DNA of 64,000 nucleotides from Fimicolochytrium jonesii (GCF_025526975.1 NW_026515668.1:1302001-1366000), one strand, 5' to 3'. Shown: positions 22,255 to 36,186, counted from the first letter of the stretch. A program made the numbers and translations. Notes: a model not told the origin generated them from the sequence alone.

Positions 22255-25200
22255 TCATATTGCAAGGGTTCGTAAACCCTCTACTACATCGTCCCCAACC
22301 CCAGAGTCAAGTGCAAGCCACCGGTCCCCCAATGCAACGTCCCTACCACCCAACATCTCACACTCTACAGCTTCCAGGCAGCTAGAGTACTCTAAAACTC
22401 TGTCTCTGAGCGCTTCTAGGCGCTTACGCTCTCGCATCACTTTCTGGCGAACTTCTTTGGGTCCCGTTCGTGGAAGAGGTTGCTGTTTTCGCGTTAGGAG
22501 TTTGTCCAGGACGTAGTGAACCCACTTCATGGGGTGGGAGTAGAAGTTAGAGATCTTGGTAGTTGCAGCATACGGGAGATAGATCTGATCTTACAAAAAT
22601 GTTCGTCTTGGGGAAGAATTGTCCCCACTCATCATTGACCTCGTCTTTCATCCATCGATATACGTCGAATTGGAGATCGCCGCCTCGCTTTCCCTTCCCA
22701 GGACCCTCAAATAACGATGGGTCGTCCATTGCCGTATATATACAATCTTCGCCTGCGTGAGAAAATAAGCGCAAGTTCACAGCCAACGAGGATGATCGCA
22801 CTGCTACCAACCTTCTACTCTGCCCCAGGTGTAGTCGATAATACAGACTTGAATCCCGTGACATGGGACCTTGAATTCGTGGTCTCGTATGGCTGCACTG
22901 TGCTCCATGTCTTCATCAGCAGTGATATCTCTGACAAGGACATTCCCCCAGTGCAAATCCCTGTGCTCAAATCGCAGCAGATGCTCCGCAGTCGCCAGAG
23001 CCGCCACCAGCTGTTGAACGATGCTTTTGCATTGCGATATCGTGAACGGTGGCGAATGCTCAAGGTCTTTACCACCGTCAGGGAGGACGATCAGAGCGTA
23101 TATTTGCTCTGCGGGCAAGTCGGAGGGGTGAATATTTTCGGAATCTTCAGTCCACGAGTCCCAGATGTCTGTCAGCCACTTCGGCCATGAGCCCTGAATT
23201 ACTCCGATCCTAAGGCGCATTTCCATCAGCATTTGCGAATCGCACGCAGGCATATTTGAGCACAGATACATACCCCAGACAATTTACGAACCCATCGATA
23301 ACCCCAACGCGTTGGGTCACTCGTATCTCTGTTACTACGTCTTCAACGGGCATCATGTCTTGCTCCTGCGCCGTCATTCCAGCCCCTTCTCGAAATGGTA
23401 TGATTTTGACTGCAGCAGGCATTGCATGCGAGCGGTACGTCAGAGAAAAGACAGATGAATATGTCGCTTCTCCAATCTTCCGATGGACATGGCTTCTTTC
23501 GAGGAAATCGTCGAATGATATTGACGATGTTTGCCCAGCGAGTTCCAATAGCGCTTGCAAGCCCCCCGGTTTCACCGCTTTCGCTTCACTCGTCGCCTCT
23601 GCCGACTCTATCAATGACTTGGTAGTAAGTGGCATAACCCAGTCCGTTTGGATATTTTCCGGCCGTGGAAGCAACAGTTCCTCCGGTGGCTGCATGGGTA
23701 GTTCCTGGCCTTCCTCACCCTCCGCTATTTTTGACTCCTCCGGCATCACTTGTTCGCCCATGGCGTCTTCCGCCTCTGAACTTGCGGCCGGTCCAAGCAA
23801 GTCCCGCACTTCATTCCATCCCTCGATTTCCGACTGCATCGACGCATTTGGCGTTATCTGGTCATCGGCGCCATCCTCCGCCTCCGATACCGTAGATAGT
23901 CCTTTCTGAGTCAAGTCCACCACTTCCTTCAATCCCACATCCTCCGATCCTCCCGACTCATCCGGTATGATTTGCGCATAGATGCCATCTTTCGCCGCCA
24001 ACTCTGCAGGGAATTCTCTTTCAACCAAGCCCATCGCTGAAGTGCTGTTCGATGACTTGTCGTCGAGAGGTGCATTGGTCAGCAGTGATAAATTTGTGCT
24101 GGAGTCTGCAGGTTCGCCGACATTGGGCTCTGACTCGGTGCCCAGTATCTCTATCCCGTCCTTCGCATGTGTATCGGGAACGTGGCATGCAGCGAACGTG
24201 GCACAAGGCTTGTCGCTCCCACCGATGTTAGCGTCCGCATGAGATGAGTACAATGCCGTGGCCACGTTTCCCAAATTTGCCCGAGATGGCGTTAAATCCG
24301 CGCTCGAGTTCATCTCATTCCGGACTGATTCGTCTTTGGAAACTGCGGGATTATTTTCCTCCTCCATCTCGGCCTCATCTGCTTCTATCGATATGTGGTT
24401 TCCCACAAGGGAGAGCACGTTCTTCCGTCTGGGACGTCGGGCCAGACGTTTTCCATCAGACTTCGGTAAGGGTTCAGCCATTGGAGGTGGAGGTTTGTCT
24501 TCTTCGCCACCCTTCAAGTTGATGGCGTTAGGCGGCACTGCTGGCGGACTTGGTGGAGCAGTTGCTGTCCCCAATCGATCACATTTCTCTCTGACGTCGG
24601 CTTCTGCTGCCAATGATATTTCTGGAGTTTCGCGGCGACATTGTTCCGTGTTCTGCGCTTGATCAAAGCCTTCCTCTACATCTCCCCCTGGATCGTCAAT
24701 ATTGAGCCCGCCTAGGCCATCAAAACGCTCAAGCTCCATACTCAAGCTCTCCAAGCATCGGGTCTCCTCGCCGGTTGTAAGCGAATATTTGGAAACCTCT
24801 AACAAAGACGGGTCCGGCTGCATCCCCACCATGCGCGCAATGGGGCTTATATCAAGCCCACCCTCAACCAGGAGGAAAGATCTCGGATTTTTGTCAGCAA
24901 AGGAAGTTTCGGTCGCGGTAGGTGTCCGGGAAGTCGTTGCGGTGGCCGTGCGGCGGGGTGAACGCGCGAACGATGCATCTGCCGTGCATCCAATGTTTAC
25001 GGAAAGATGGCCGGGTGAGGGGGGTTTCATGAGAGGGGTCGAGGCTTTCTTCTGCGGGGATGCTTTCCTCGTAGCGGCCCGTGGCCTTATGAAAGACTCA
25101 TCGCTACTGCTACTGGATTCCGACGAAGAAGACGAACTTGAACTGCTCGTGACTACCTTTCGCGCCGTACGCACAGGATGCTTTGCCCGTTTGCCAACCT

Positions 25201-25408
25201 CCGTCCCCGAAATAGCCGACCGCCTCGTTTTGGGACGGCCCGCAGGTTCTTCCCTGTCATCCACGGGACGTGACTTTTCCTTCTCAGCGACTTCTTCAAA
25301 TACCGCGTCAACGTCTTCGGCTGCGCGTTGCACGACTCGATGTGTCCGCTTCCCGTATGTTCGAATGGTCTTCCGAGCAGGGTTGAAACCAGGGTTGAAA
25401 GAGGACAT
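22255..25408 (-). CDS. Haspin-family Ser/Thr kinase, multi-exon
   Basis: N-terminal RTYGKR, long disordered region, KIGEATYSSVF, FEHRDLHWGNVLV, IIDYTWGR, GDLQFDVYRWM, PKTNIF|W. Confidence 0.92.
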
Positions 25409-26339
25409 TGGAGTAACGTCCAACTGAGCGACTATAGAGTCGCCTTGAGGAGGCTAGCGCATTCCAGTCTTTGCTGCGACGGCAGTCTTGCAAATGTGAA
25501 CCCATGTCTGGGAGTATTTGAGAACGCGTTCGTGGGGTGTCCGACATCGCTATTCGGCGGGTCCGTCCAGTCCCCCCGCCCTTTTCGCATTTCTATCGGT
25601 TGTGCCTTGCATTCATACCCCTTTCACTACCTCTCTTAGGTTTAGATTGGTGGAGGATGCCAGATATGAAGTCCTGCAATACTCCTCTCTGGTCCAATAC
25701 TGGAATACTGGAGCGCATTCCCGAAGAACTCAACTACCAGTATGGTTATGCCCATGTATTCGTCGACAAAGGAAGATTTGGAGGATTCACTATAAGTGGT
25801 CAAAAGGAGTTGTGCCGGATGCTACATGTAACAGTACTGTACAGTATGTACTTTACAGTACAACCCTAAATTTTGCCGTTGTGTTTGTCACGTCGCTGCT
25901 GTTATCGTATTCATATCTTTCCCGTGCAGAGGTCGTCATGACGAGACGTCCAAACAGTATCAGGGGGCGCAAATTCTAAACACGTCTTGCCATTGTGATA
26001 AACATGTGACCATTCATGCTGTTTCGACGCAAAACGGATGCGAAAACAACATCTTCTCACCCCAGATGCTGAAATAATGTTTTCCACGTCGTCAAAACGC
26101 AACATTCGCACATCTATTCAGCATGCGCCGGTACGTGCATTTCACACACGAAATGACATTGTATTCACATACGCAGGTGCGCTGGTCTTGCTCACACCGA
26201 AATGCCAATATCTATATGTATACACATGTATATACACGCGAAGAAACAGAGGCGAGCACCGCAAGCAGCCATGTTGCACAACTACCATAATCGATAACGC
26301 CAGTGCTCATCCCGCTTCACCCAACAACCCGCGGATGCA

Positions 26340-27597
26340 TCATTCCCCCTCAATACCCTCGAATCCCGATTTGCTGCCCTCATTCCCAGGAGAGATGTTG
26401 CGGCTGGTTCCCTCGTCGTCGTCCGAGTCCCCAGTTGTAACATCCTGATTCTCCGTGTATTGTTGACGTTTGTTCCGGAGGCATTCATCCATTATGGTCT
26501 GGCGCGCAGTGTCGTCCAGAGCGACGTATTTCTGGATGCCGCGAGTCATCGAAATCCAGAATTCTTTGGGTGCACGGCTCTTCTCGTTCATCCCAGCGGT
26601 TAGAGCCCTCTACACAAACCATCAGAGTGCAACGATTGACGAGTGAGGACATGACAGATATGTACGCAGACAACCAACTCATTGTTGCGAAGCCTTACCA
26701 TCATTGCAGCCCTCTGCACATGGTCTTCTGTGAGGACCTTAGCCCGAAAAAGGTTGGTCGCAAAGTCCTCCAGCTTGCCCTGGTTGACGGTGTTTGTCTT
26801 TGCGTCCCAGATAACCTTCTTTAGATCCGCTTTCACACGAGAGATGTTCACACTAGCTTCTTTTTTGACCAACGCACGGCGGGCGGGGATCTTGCCAGCA
26901 TCTTTAGAGACGCCCCATTGACGATCAAAGATTTTGTTCGTCAAAGCCTCTGCCTCATTAACAAAGCCGGAAATACAAGGATTGCGCACCATGCGCTTTG
27001 CCTCTTTGCGGATGTTAATCTACGTTGATAAGAAGGTGAAGTAAGAGGTTTGTCCGGTCATGACTGTCTTCGGCAATGAATGCACCCTGCATTCTTGAGG
27101 TATTTCCCAAACATCATTGACGAGGCGCTGGGCTTGCTTTGTGTGCTTTGTGTTGCTTTCGCCTAGGATGTACAGCTGCAATAACTGCTCGCCCAAACCT
27201 TTACTGGCAAAGCGTAGAGCCTTGTCCGAGAGGTCTGGGTCAAGGTTGGCACCACATACGACATTTGTCGCTTGTTGTACCGACAATGGAAATCCGAGCT
27301 TACTAAGTTAGCTGCGGGGGTGCGGCTGGCTGACTGCGGCGTGGAAGAGGAAGTGGCAGGGTGGTTGGCGAACAGGTTGGCGCCTGGAGACGAGCGCATG
27401 GGATGTAGGAGACGTGATCCAGATGTAGGAGGGTGGTTGGTTGTTCCAAGCCGGAGACGTTTATTGGAACCACTTGAGCTAGGCGACGCTACGGCCTGGC
27501 CAGACCGCTGTGACCCTCTCGAAGGAGTTTGATTGCCATCCCCGTTATCACCGGGGGCATTCGTAGTGTCTCCGAAATTGAACCCGAGTCCCTCCAT
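26340..27597 (-). CDS. Transposon accessory ORF2 (multi-exon hypothetical protein)
   Basis: Co-oriented ORF pieces 27597-27163, 27286-27020, 26992-26600 and 26591-26340 flanked by GT/AG-like signals, directly downstream of the transposase. Confidence 0.5.
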
Positions 27598-27953
27598 GGT
27601 GATTGAATGTAGTGCGTTGGAAAATGGAAGGAATCAGCAGAATGGCAACGCAGGTGAAGGTGAAATTTGCGAGCGTGAGAAGCTCAGCACGGACAAAACG
27701 TTCCGACATTTTTGCATTCCTCATTGTCGTGTCCGATTGAGCAAAGCAGTGATGCCTTCAAAAGAAAACGGCGGTGCTGTCGATGATTTTACAATTAGCC
27801 CCGTCAATAATGTGTCCAATGGGCGCAGAGTTACTCACGTAAGGCGCGTCCTTCCGGTGTTGCCTCCCCACTTGCGCTTGCACTCGCCTCCCCACTTGCC
27901 CCAGCGCTTGCACTCCCCCTATTCCGTCCTCCTTTCTGCCTCTTGCCCGTCGA

Positions 27954-30900
27954 CTACCCTTTCGATATCACTGAACCGCATTCACTTCCACTGTCTTGGG
28001 TCCTTTCCTGAGCATCGAGGAATTCCCTCAACTGCCGACGTCGAATCACTTCGCCGCACTTGCTTTCCAGGTCAACCTCCTCCTCCTGGTCCCAAGCATG
28101 TTCCTTCCAAATCAGAGGGGTTTTGAAGCAATATCGATTGAGCAGGTACTCGTCCGTTATACAGTGCCACACATGTGGCATGAGACTTTGAATTTTGGTC
28201 CTTCGACGTCGAACTGGCATCTCCTTGATGGTGCATGCATCGGTACATGCGTGCTGAACATTAACAACCGTGATACCCCCATGCAATCTGATGAGACTTG
28301 TGCGTGCTGTCCCTCGGATTACCGGACATTGGAGGATGACTGTGTTGCAGAGTACCTCATATTGTTGGACAATAGCAAAGCACCGGTTATCGACAGTCGT
28401 TGCACAGCGAAAGAATATCAAGAAGCGCACGACACCGCCATCTGGTAGCATTGCAAAGTCGCCTAATGAACATCAAGAGGAAGCCGTGACCAGTTGTTGA
28501 TACCGGTGTATTGTTGGGTCCTCGTAGTGCAGGGGACTCAATGCGTCAGGGATCTCGAACACCGGAGATGAAAGCTCAGAGAATCGCAAACTCTGCTCCT
28601 GTATTCGAATTCGCAGGGCGACTCCACTGGTTGGAAGATTCTCATCTCGATAGCCCATAAGCCGACAAACTTCGCGATTCTCCGCAAACAGCCATCGGAG
28701 GTCAGATCCAGCGGAAGTCCACTCTCTCCCTTTTCCAGCCCTCCAGCCAATATCCACCAGAGAAGACATGCCGGAGTGTTTGATACCGTGCAAACCTTTG
28801 TCCAATGTCCTTTGATGGCGATTGCCGATTGCTGTGCACGGAATGGCCCCGCATGATAGGATTGTATGCTTCAAATTTTTCGCTGGCGTACAAACGTGCG
28901 GGACCAAACCGTCGTATGCTTTCGGGGAAGTGTAAGATGATGTGGAACTTGTGCTTGTTGAAGAAATCGTCGTCGACGTCGCACATCCTAGCAATAGTGA
29001 CATGTATGCCCTGAGTGAGTGCGCGAAGGTATGTCTCCATATCCTCGATGCTTTCCGTGTAAATCATCGCCGTCAGCTCACTCATTGCCATCCATGCGTT
29101 GGTCCATTCGGGTGAGAGAAGATTTCGGCAAAGGAACGGCGCAACTTGGGCAATCGCGCGGAAATCCTTCCCAATCAGGCTGTGTGAGTACTGGATTAAC
29201 TGCTTGCTTTTGAATGTGGTATCAAGCCCCCTTGTAGCCATCGAGTCAAGCCGCGCTGCGAAAACTATCTTCTCTGGCCGCCTCGCCATGTGTTTGATGG
29301 TTGCCCGCCATAGCCACTTGACTGTTCCTAGGAGGATTGTATGGAGAGCTTCCACCGGACTATCCTCGTGCCCGTCGAAACCCACAAGATCAAACAACGG
29401 ATTCAGACCATACTGAGCGATATGGAGGGCTGCGTGCCTGTCGATGTCACTCAGCGGCAATTTTTGTGAGCGCATGGAGGTCAGCTTGGTAAGCAGGTTG
29501 GTGGCGTATGTGGACTTGACACCGTTCTCTCTCTGGTTGCGTTGTAGGGCGGTTACCCCCTGCGTCTTTGCGATGACGACCTGCTTGTCGAGTGTATCCT
29601 TTGTCTCCCTCCAACTCCTCGCCATACTAAGCTGGAGCAGTTGATGGAGGTCTCGGCATGTTTTGACATTTCCGCTGACCTTGCAGAATCAACAGAAGTG
29701 CGTACCATTCTTGATATCAATCATGGACGTGAGCTCGTTATGCATGGGGTTGTCACCTTCAACACAAAACGTGTAGCCAATAACGACAACTTCCTCCATA
29801 AGACGTGCATCGTAAGCCAGAACGCCTCGCTCAAGGCCGTTGCGGATATCATTGACAACGAGTTTTCCAATGTCCAACGGTGATGCGCAGTTGCTTGTGG
29901 CGATAAAATGTGTATTGTAGTCCATCTGGCAATATTTGAAAGGTAAGCCCGCTAGTTGGAAGCACCAGTTGTAATGGCAATTCCATTTTTTTGACCGATT
30001 GCCCGAGACGTCATCACAGTACAAGATGAGCGGGGTGATTATTACTCGCCTGTTCCCAATCACAATCTTCAGGTGATGTGGAGACAAGATGGAGGAGCGT
30101 TCATCATCTTCGTAGATCCTGCTTTTGTTCCGCCGTGAACTCTTGAATCCCACAAGCTCATGACCACCCAATTTCCGCTCTTCAAATTCAGGTGTGAGTT
30201 GCGAGGTCAGAGTCGCCACAGGTCTGAGTACTTCGATGTCAGTGATCCAATAACCGCTGACGTCAAGCCGCATCTTCTGTCCCTCCAACCACAGCTGCCC
30301 TTTGCGGGTGAAAAATCGCTTGATGTGAAGGAGGGTTCCATCTGCAGTTGCAAAGTCGCCAATGAAGTAGCTATTGCCGCCGTGCCGGACCATGGGCAAG
30401 CGCAGACAGGGGTCGGTTTTCCACCTCTGGCTGTGACACAGCTCTGATATGCCCGATTCCACATCTTCACTGAACGTGCGCAGGTGCCGCATCACTACTG
30501 GATTGGCAACATCTTGCATGACGGCACTGGTCACGCTGTTGATATGCACGCTGTCGCCTTCCTGTGTTGTCCCAACACGGCTCTGGCATCCGACCTTCAG
30601 CATTACGGCGTCGAGTTCTTTTTCCACCTGTCGGGATGGGAATGGGGTTAAGCCAATTCATCACGAGAATTCCAGCTGAACGATCGGGTCAGTGGTCGTG
30701 GTTACCTTTGCAATGCTCGGAAGTACAACGCCGAACTCCCGCGCCCACCACCATATTAGCTGCAGAAGCCCTTCCGAGATTGGATGTCTCGGGATGTTCA
30801 TTAAAAGGGCGCATAATGCTACCTGTAGGGGGTTAGACATTGTGAGCAACGGGCAATGCTACGACGGAGGGGGAGCAGAGTCGATGGTAAGGAGCTGGTC

Positions 30901-31430
30901 ACCCACCTTCTTGCTGCTAAAGGGATAATAATCTTCATTGCTGCCAAAATCGAGGTACGTTTCTGCGGCGCCATCCTCCCCTTGTTGGTTGATATCGATA
31001 TCTGAACCATAATCCGACGGGCATTCGTCATTGCCTGATGTGTCACTGTCGCTGATGGGTTCAACATAATCTCCATAACGTTCATTTTTGATTGCCTCAT
31101 CCTCATGACGGCGCATCTGTTCTCCCTCACTGACAATTTCATGATGATTGGCCAGCTCGGTTGCGTAGAACGGGTCAACATCCATGGCATTGCTGCTGCA
31201 GTCGTCTGTGAACATATCCTCAATTTTGGATGGGGGTCTGTGGGTGGCAACCTGCATTTGTGCGATAGCAAGTTCATGTTGAGTCGATGCAAGGTGGCGG
31301 CAGGTGTGGAACGGTCAATCGCTAACGCAGACGTTACAGGCCGTGCACAGCACTTTCTTGTGTCCAAACGGCTTCAGCAATATCCGGAACAAGTACCCAA
31401 CTGGAGCAGAATGGTTATCCCTGTGTGTAT
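27954..31430 (-). pseudogene. CMC/EnSpm-like transposase pseudogene with N-terminal C2H2-like zinc finger
   Basis: CTAC...HLASTQH; YPFSSKK; LILYCDDVSGNRSKKWNCH; GDNPMHNELTS; FC*FC; PVEALHTILLGTVK; KFHIILHFPESIRRFGPARLYASEKFEAYN; VNVQHAC. In-frame TGAs at 31315-17, 29689-91 and 28473-75, and a frameshift near 28745. Confidence 0.85.
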
Positions 31431-31470
31431 CTACCCTTGTGTTCGCAGCGGTGTAGAAAAAAACAAGGTC

Positions 31471-31610
31471 TTGTTGGATCTTGTTGGATTTTGTTGGATT
31501 TTGTTGGAATGGCGCATTTTCCCACGCCCACGCTTTGCCCATGGACTTTGTGACGAAGGGCACATTTTCCCACGCCCACGCTTTGCCCACGGACTTTGTG
31601 ACGAAGGCCG
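31471..31610. repeat. 10-bp x4 (ttgttggatN) plus 48-bp x2 direct repeats upstream of the transposase
   Basis: ttgttggatc ttgttggatt ttgttggatt ttgttggaat; cattttcccacgcccacgctttgcccaYggactttgtgacgaagg at 31515 and 31563. Confidence 0.9.
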
Positions 31611-32777
31611 CTCACAGCGGGACGTGCATTGGACATGAGGTTTTTCATCCTGGAGATATAAACCGTATGTGGAAAACATAACAGTGTGTTCATCCAAACG
31701 GCATGACAATGCATGTTCATACAGCGTTTGCATGGGCGGAATGTGGTTTCGATATGCAGAGGTTTGTGGAAAGGATATGTCAGTTTCGGAGATCTGGACG
31801 ATGTCATTACGTTATGCATTTGACGCGTTTCGACAGGCTAAAATGACATCGCGATGTTCATCCAGACAACGTGCGCCCAACATCGTGGTCATATGAAAAT
31901 TTAAATCACCCGTTTTTTGCACTGTTTTGGGTTATGGTTGTACTTTAATATCGTTTTTTGACGTGACGGCGATCGCCCTTGCGAAGTTGACACCGACGTC
32001 CAGAAGTCGGTTTACCGCCGGTTCATGGTGTGCATCCCTCCGAAGCTGAGGCACACAATTGTTACACATGGATCTCTCATCAACTTGGAGATCAAATTAA
32101 ATTCAGGTTACCGAACGACTTGGACGGAACCCTGGAATTTGACAAATCTGGCGGCGCGTGACCTATTCCGAGCGATGCCAAGGCAGGCTTTATCAGAAAA
32201 GCCCTAGGGAGGACCGCGCCAGGGGTGACTGTTTGGACATTGTGAAATTGAAGCACCGCCGTTCCGGGGCCCAACTCCGGCTGATAAACTTGTGGGCGGT
32301 GTGTGCCATCCACACGCTGGCGTGGTGTTACCAGCCCGTCTCCTATCGGGATGTCTTCTCGCGAGGCTTGCCCGCCGGCCGATTACCCGGCTCTAATGAA
32401 TTGTGCGGATATAAAAGCGATATGGATCTCCTCGCCGTCCCAAAGATATCCCCCTTTCCTTTCTTACATTCGCTTACGCTCGCCTACACCACAAACATCC
32501 GGGAACCTTTGAAACAACGCAAGCTGCCCCTTTTCAACCACTCTTTTCGTACTCAAATCTGAGTTTCCGCGATTAGCAGCCTGCTTCACGGACACCTGCC
32601 ACATCGGTTACTGGACGGCATAGAGCCAAGGACATCGAATACTTTCCTTCGAAGAAGATAAATACCTGCCGTGCTCCTCCTCGCATATATATATAGATCA
32701 GCAAATCGCAATCCCTCGTGGTTCGCACCGACCCTTCGTGCACTACGACTTCATCGTTAAAGCAAGTACCTTACAAC

Positions 32778-33041
32778 ATGCACACCCCCAACCCCACCCC
32801 GTCGATTGAGATCCCCCAACGCCAGAGGTCCATGTCTCTCTCGTCGATTACATCCGTGGGCTCCGCATCCGGCTCCCCACTCTCCGGCGCATCCCTCTTC
32901 GGATCCCTTAAGCGCTCATTCTTATCGACCGAGCCGGTCGCAGCCGCGAGCGCTGCACCAGCACCCGGACAGAAGAAGCTCCACAAACCACCAGTGGACA
33001 AGCTACCAACCGAGTACGGAGTCTGGGCCTCCATGCACTAG
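32778..33041 (+). CDS. Small Ser-rich hypothetical protein
   Basis: MHTPNPTPSIEIPQRQRSMSLSSITS... with C-ending codon bias and upstream TATA-like runs at 32658-32695. Confidence 0.5.
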   Translation: MHTPNPTPSIEIPQRQRSMSLSSITSVGSASGSPLSGASLFGSLKRSFLSTEPVAAASAAPAPGQKKLHKPPVDKLPTEYGVWASMH

Positions 33042-34056
33042 AGAAACTGAAGCGCAAGTAGATTAGTTCCGTCGGACGAAATGCTGTGAAAGAGAAATGT
33101 CGATCGACTTCGCTCCTGGGAGTTCACATTATTGGACGGAACTTTTGTACCATACCATATCCCTCCCGCTTTTTTCCCTTTCTTCTTCTCTGTACATATA
33201 TACCTTCATCTTCTCCGCCATACAATTGAATAAATGAAGTTAGTGTTTTGGGTAAAAATCTGCTTTCTGTCCTAGGTATTCGAAAAAACGTCTTGCCTTT
33301 TGTGGGAAAGCGCGTTTTGCTCTCGTGGCAGCCATCAATGCCCATTGCAAATGTCAAGGTCGGCTTTCCGCTGAACGGGCCTCCACCCACGGTGCAGTGT
33401 CTTACATGTGCCCGACTTACCTTCGAAGCGAAGGTGCTCACCGCAAATACAGGGGGACTTAAAGATCTGGAATGAAACCTCCAGCCATATGAAAAGCTCC
33501 CGCGCATAGTTAGATTGTTTGAGTCTTGCTTGCCAGCCTTGACAATAGCCTTCACACGATTCACTGTCGTTATTGCTAGCAGGGTGGCCAACGGAAGTTG
33601 GGATTGCCTGCATCCGTTTCAGTCTGGGCATCATGAAGTTCCTCGGGGTTGCAGCGACGAGTGAATATGGTAGGATGTCTGTCCTGCACGTGTAGGAAGA
33701 CCGGATGCGAGCAACTGAGAAACCTGTCCCACTCACTTTCCGGAAGTGACATGACGAGTTCTGCTATGGATATCCTTGGTCTGACTCTCCCGTATATCTC
33801 CACACAAAAAACCAGACGTCACGGACTTATATTGGGGGAGAAGAACAAAACGAAAAAGTGTGGGGTATTCCCGAACGTCACCGTGACATTCCGCATAGTG
33901 CGTAAGGTTTCTGGGGCACCGGCAGGTTGATATAAAAGGAAAGCACAGCGCCGGACTTCCTTCTTCTTCCCCTCACCGGCTTGCTTGTGAATATTAACAT
34001 CGCTACAACGTCGGAAACCCAAAATCCACAGCTCACACTCACTAACCACATCCAAA

Positions 34057-35386
34057 ATGTCCACCAAGATCAACATCCTCGTCACCACGGCTGAGTCCCG
34101 TACAGGTAAGTTGCGTTCGAGAACGGTGTTGGTACTGCCTGGGAAAAAGTTTCAGCCATGTCCACCTACTGAGTGCTTGGGTTTCTTGCCTGGTATACCA
34201 CAGCGGACGCCATTCTCGCCGAATTCAACCGCAAGTACCACAACCTTACCGACATGCACATGTGCGCGCAAATCTCGCCCAACGTCGAGACCAAAGAGCG
34301 CGAGTACGACAATGTCAAACTCATCACCTGCGACCCCGCCGAAGCCTCCTGCGAAGAACTATGCCAGGCCATGCAGAACATGGACACGGTCATCCTCATC
34401 CCGCCTGCCTCGGAGAACAAGGTTGAGGTCGCTAAGAAGCTCATGGACTGCGCCATGAAGTGTAATGTCAAGAACTGCGTCGTGCTCTCGGACTGTTGCG
34501 CTGAGCTGGCTCCGGATGCCAAGCAGTACCGCAAGTTTGTGGAGATTGAGAAGTATATCAAGGAAAAGTGCGGCAAGGGTAACTGCCACGTCGCTTTCGC
34601 CAGGTGAGTTGTTCTGGCATATCATGTTCTTTCGTCATTGCGACGTCTTCTAACACACATATTTTCATCGAACCGTCAAGATCCGGCCACTACATGCAGA
34701 ATCTGTTCTTGTACGCCAAGCAAATGAAAGAGAACGGATTCCTTGGTTTGCCCATGGGAAAGGGCAAATTCGGTATGCTAGTCTTCTACGCATTCGGCTG
34801 CATGAGTTTCATGCATTTCCTTATCTAATATGTCCTCATTTCCAGCGCCGGTCGACAACCGTGATGTGGCTATTGCGGTCCTCGCTCTTGCTACTAGTGG
34901 CAGCGAGATGTCTGACAAGTTCCGCGACAAGGTAAGCGTCATCGTCGTACCGTTCTGCGAAGCCTGACAAGGCTAACCTCACGTATACCCCAGACCTTCC
35001 ACCTCACCGGCACCGAGGTTGTTAGTGGCGAAGACATAGTGAATGCGGCTAAAGAAGCCGGCCTCGACCACAAACTGACCTTCAAGGATATTCCCGAAGA
35101 AGAGGCTAAAGAATACCTCAGGTACTTGTCTGCCCACCTTCTCAAGACGACGTCCGTATCTCGCTCAGATCAATCTCACCGCACATCCTTCCTCTCCCAC
35201 CTCCGCAGCCAAATCCCCCAAATGGACCCCTCGGAGGTTGAACTTATCCTCGAAGACTTCCGCCTCGTCCGCGAGGGCAAGCTGCAAAAGGCAACTTCTG
35301 ACCTCAAAGACCTGATCGTCGAGAAGCCGACCACTCTCTTCGACTTCTTCAAGGAGTACAAGGGTGATTTCATGAACCCCCAGTAA
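34057..35386 (+). CDS. NmrA-like NAD(P)-binding Rossmann protein, multi-exon
   Basis: MSTKINILVTTAESRTG|WYTTADAIL; MDTVILIPP; R|SGHYMQNLF; PVDNRDVAIAV; TFHLTGTEVVSGEDI; TSDLKDLIVEKPTTLFDFFKE. Confidence 0.75.
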
Positions 35387-36186
35387 AAACTTGAAAGGTC
35401 GAAAGCGTCTCGCATCTGGCGATAAGATTTGCCATTCTTTATTTTTGGTTTTCTTGGGGTCATGCGCCTTTTACGGTTTTCTGGATGTGATATCCGGCAT
35501 TTGGTCTTCTTTGCTGTGCCCTCTGTTCATCGGCGCAGCTGAGTATATCCGCTCTCCTCTTTTTGAAATTTTGGCAACCATTCTCCGAAAATATCAAATG
35601 TAACTTCGCACTGGTTGGCTTCAGATCCTTTTGTCTTTTCGTTGCTGGTCGGGGGTGCGGATCCTGACGGAATTCATGGCCTTTTACGCGCTGTCGAATT
35701 CCGCGCAACCCGTCACTCCGGGGAACTGTGGAGGATGAACTTTCCTTTACAACGAAACAACCATCGTGGCACAGATGTGGGAGGAAAGACGTTCTAGAAG
35801 CAAACATGCCTCATTTTAGCTGGTCTGCTCGGCTGCTGGCTTTTCTTACGATGCACATAAGATATGTAAACTAACGCATAAACCGGCTCAGTCCATCGAC
35901 AGGCCTCCCAACTGAAAACCCGAAACAGATGATTTCCAAAAAGAAAAGATGACTCGATTGTCCCAAAAAGGATAAGTCTACACTATGCTACGCGAGGAGA
36001 TGTGCTATATACAATGTTTACGCCGTGGGTGACGAGTCTAGTGTCTGTCTGTAAGAATCAATCCCCACAGGTCTGTTTATGCAAAACTCTCCGAGTGGGG
36101 GAACAACGCCGATGTCTCAACGCGCCGAGGTCATGATGACATCCCGGATGCCAAACTGTTGCGCCAAATCCGTGCGAGAAGCGTCT

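Larger units (their letters stand above)
25861..31940 (-). mobile_element. Decayed CMC/EnSpm(CACTA)-like DNA transposon with two genes
   Basis: Transposase pseudogene plus ORF2. Possible short imperfect termini ta|caaccctaa (25861) and ttatggttg|ta (31940). Boundaries are tentative. Confidence 0.6.
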
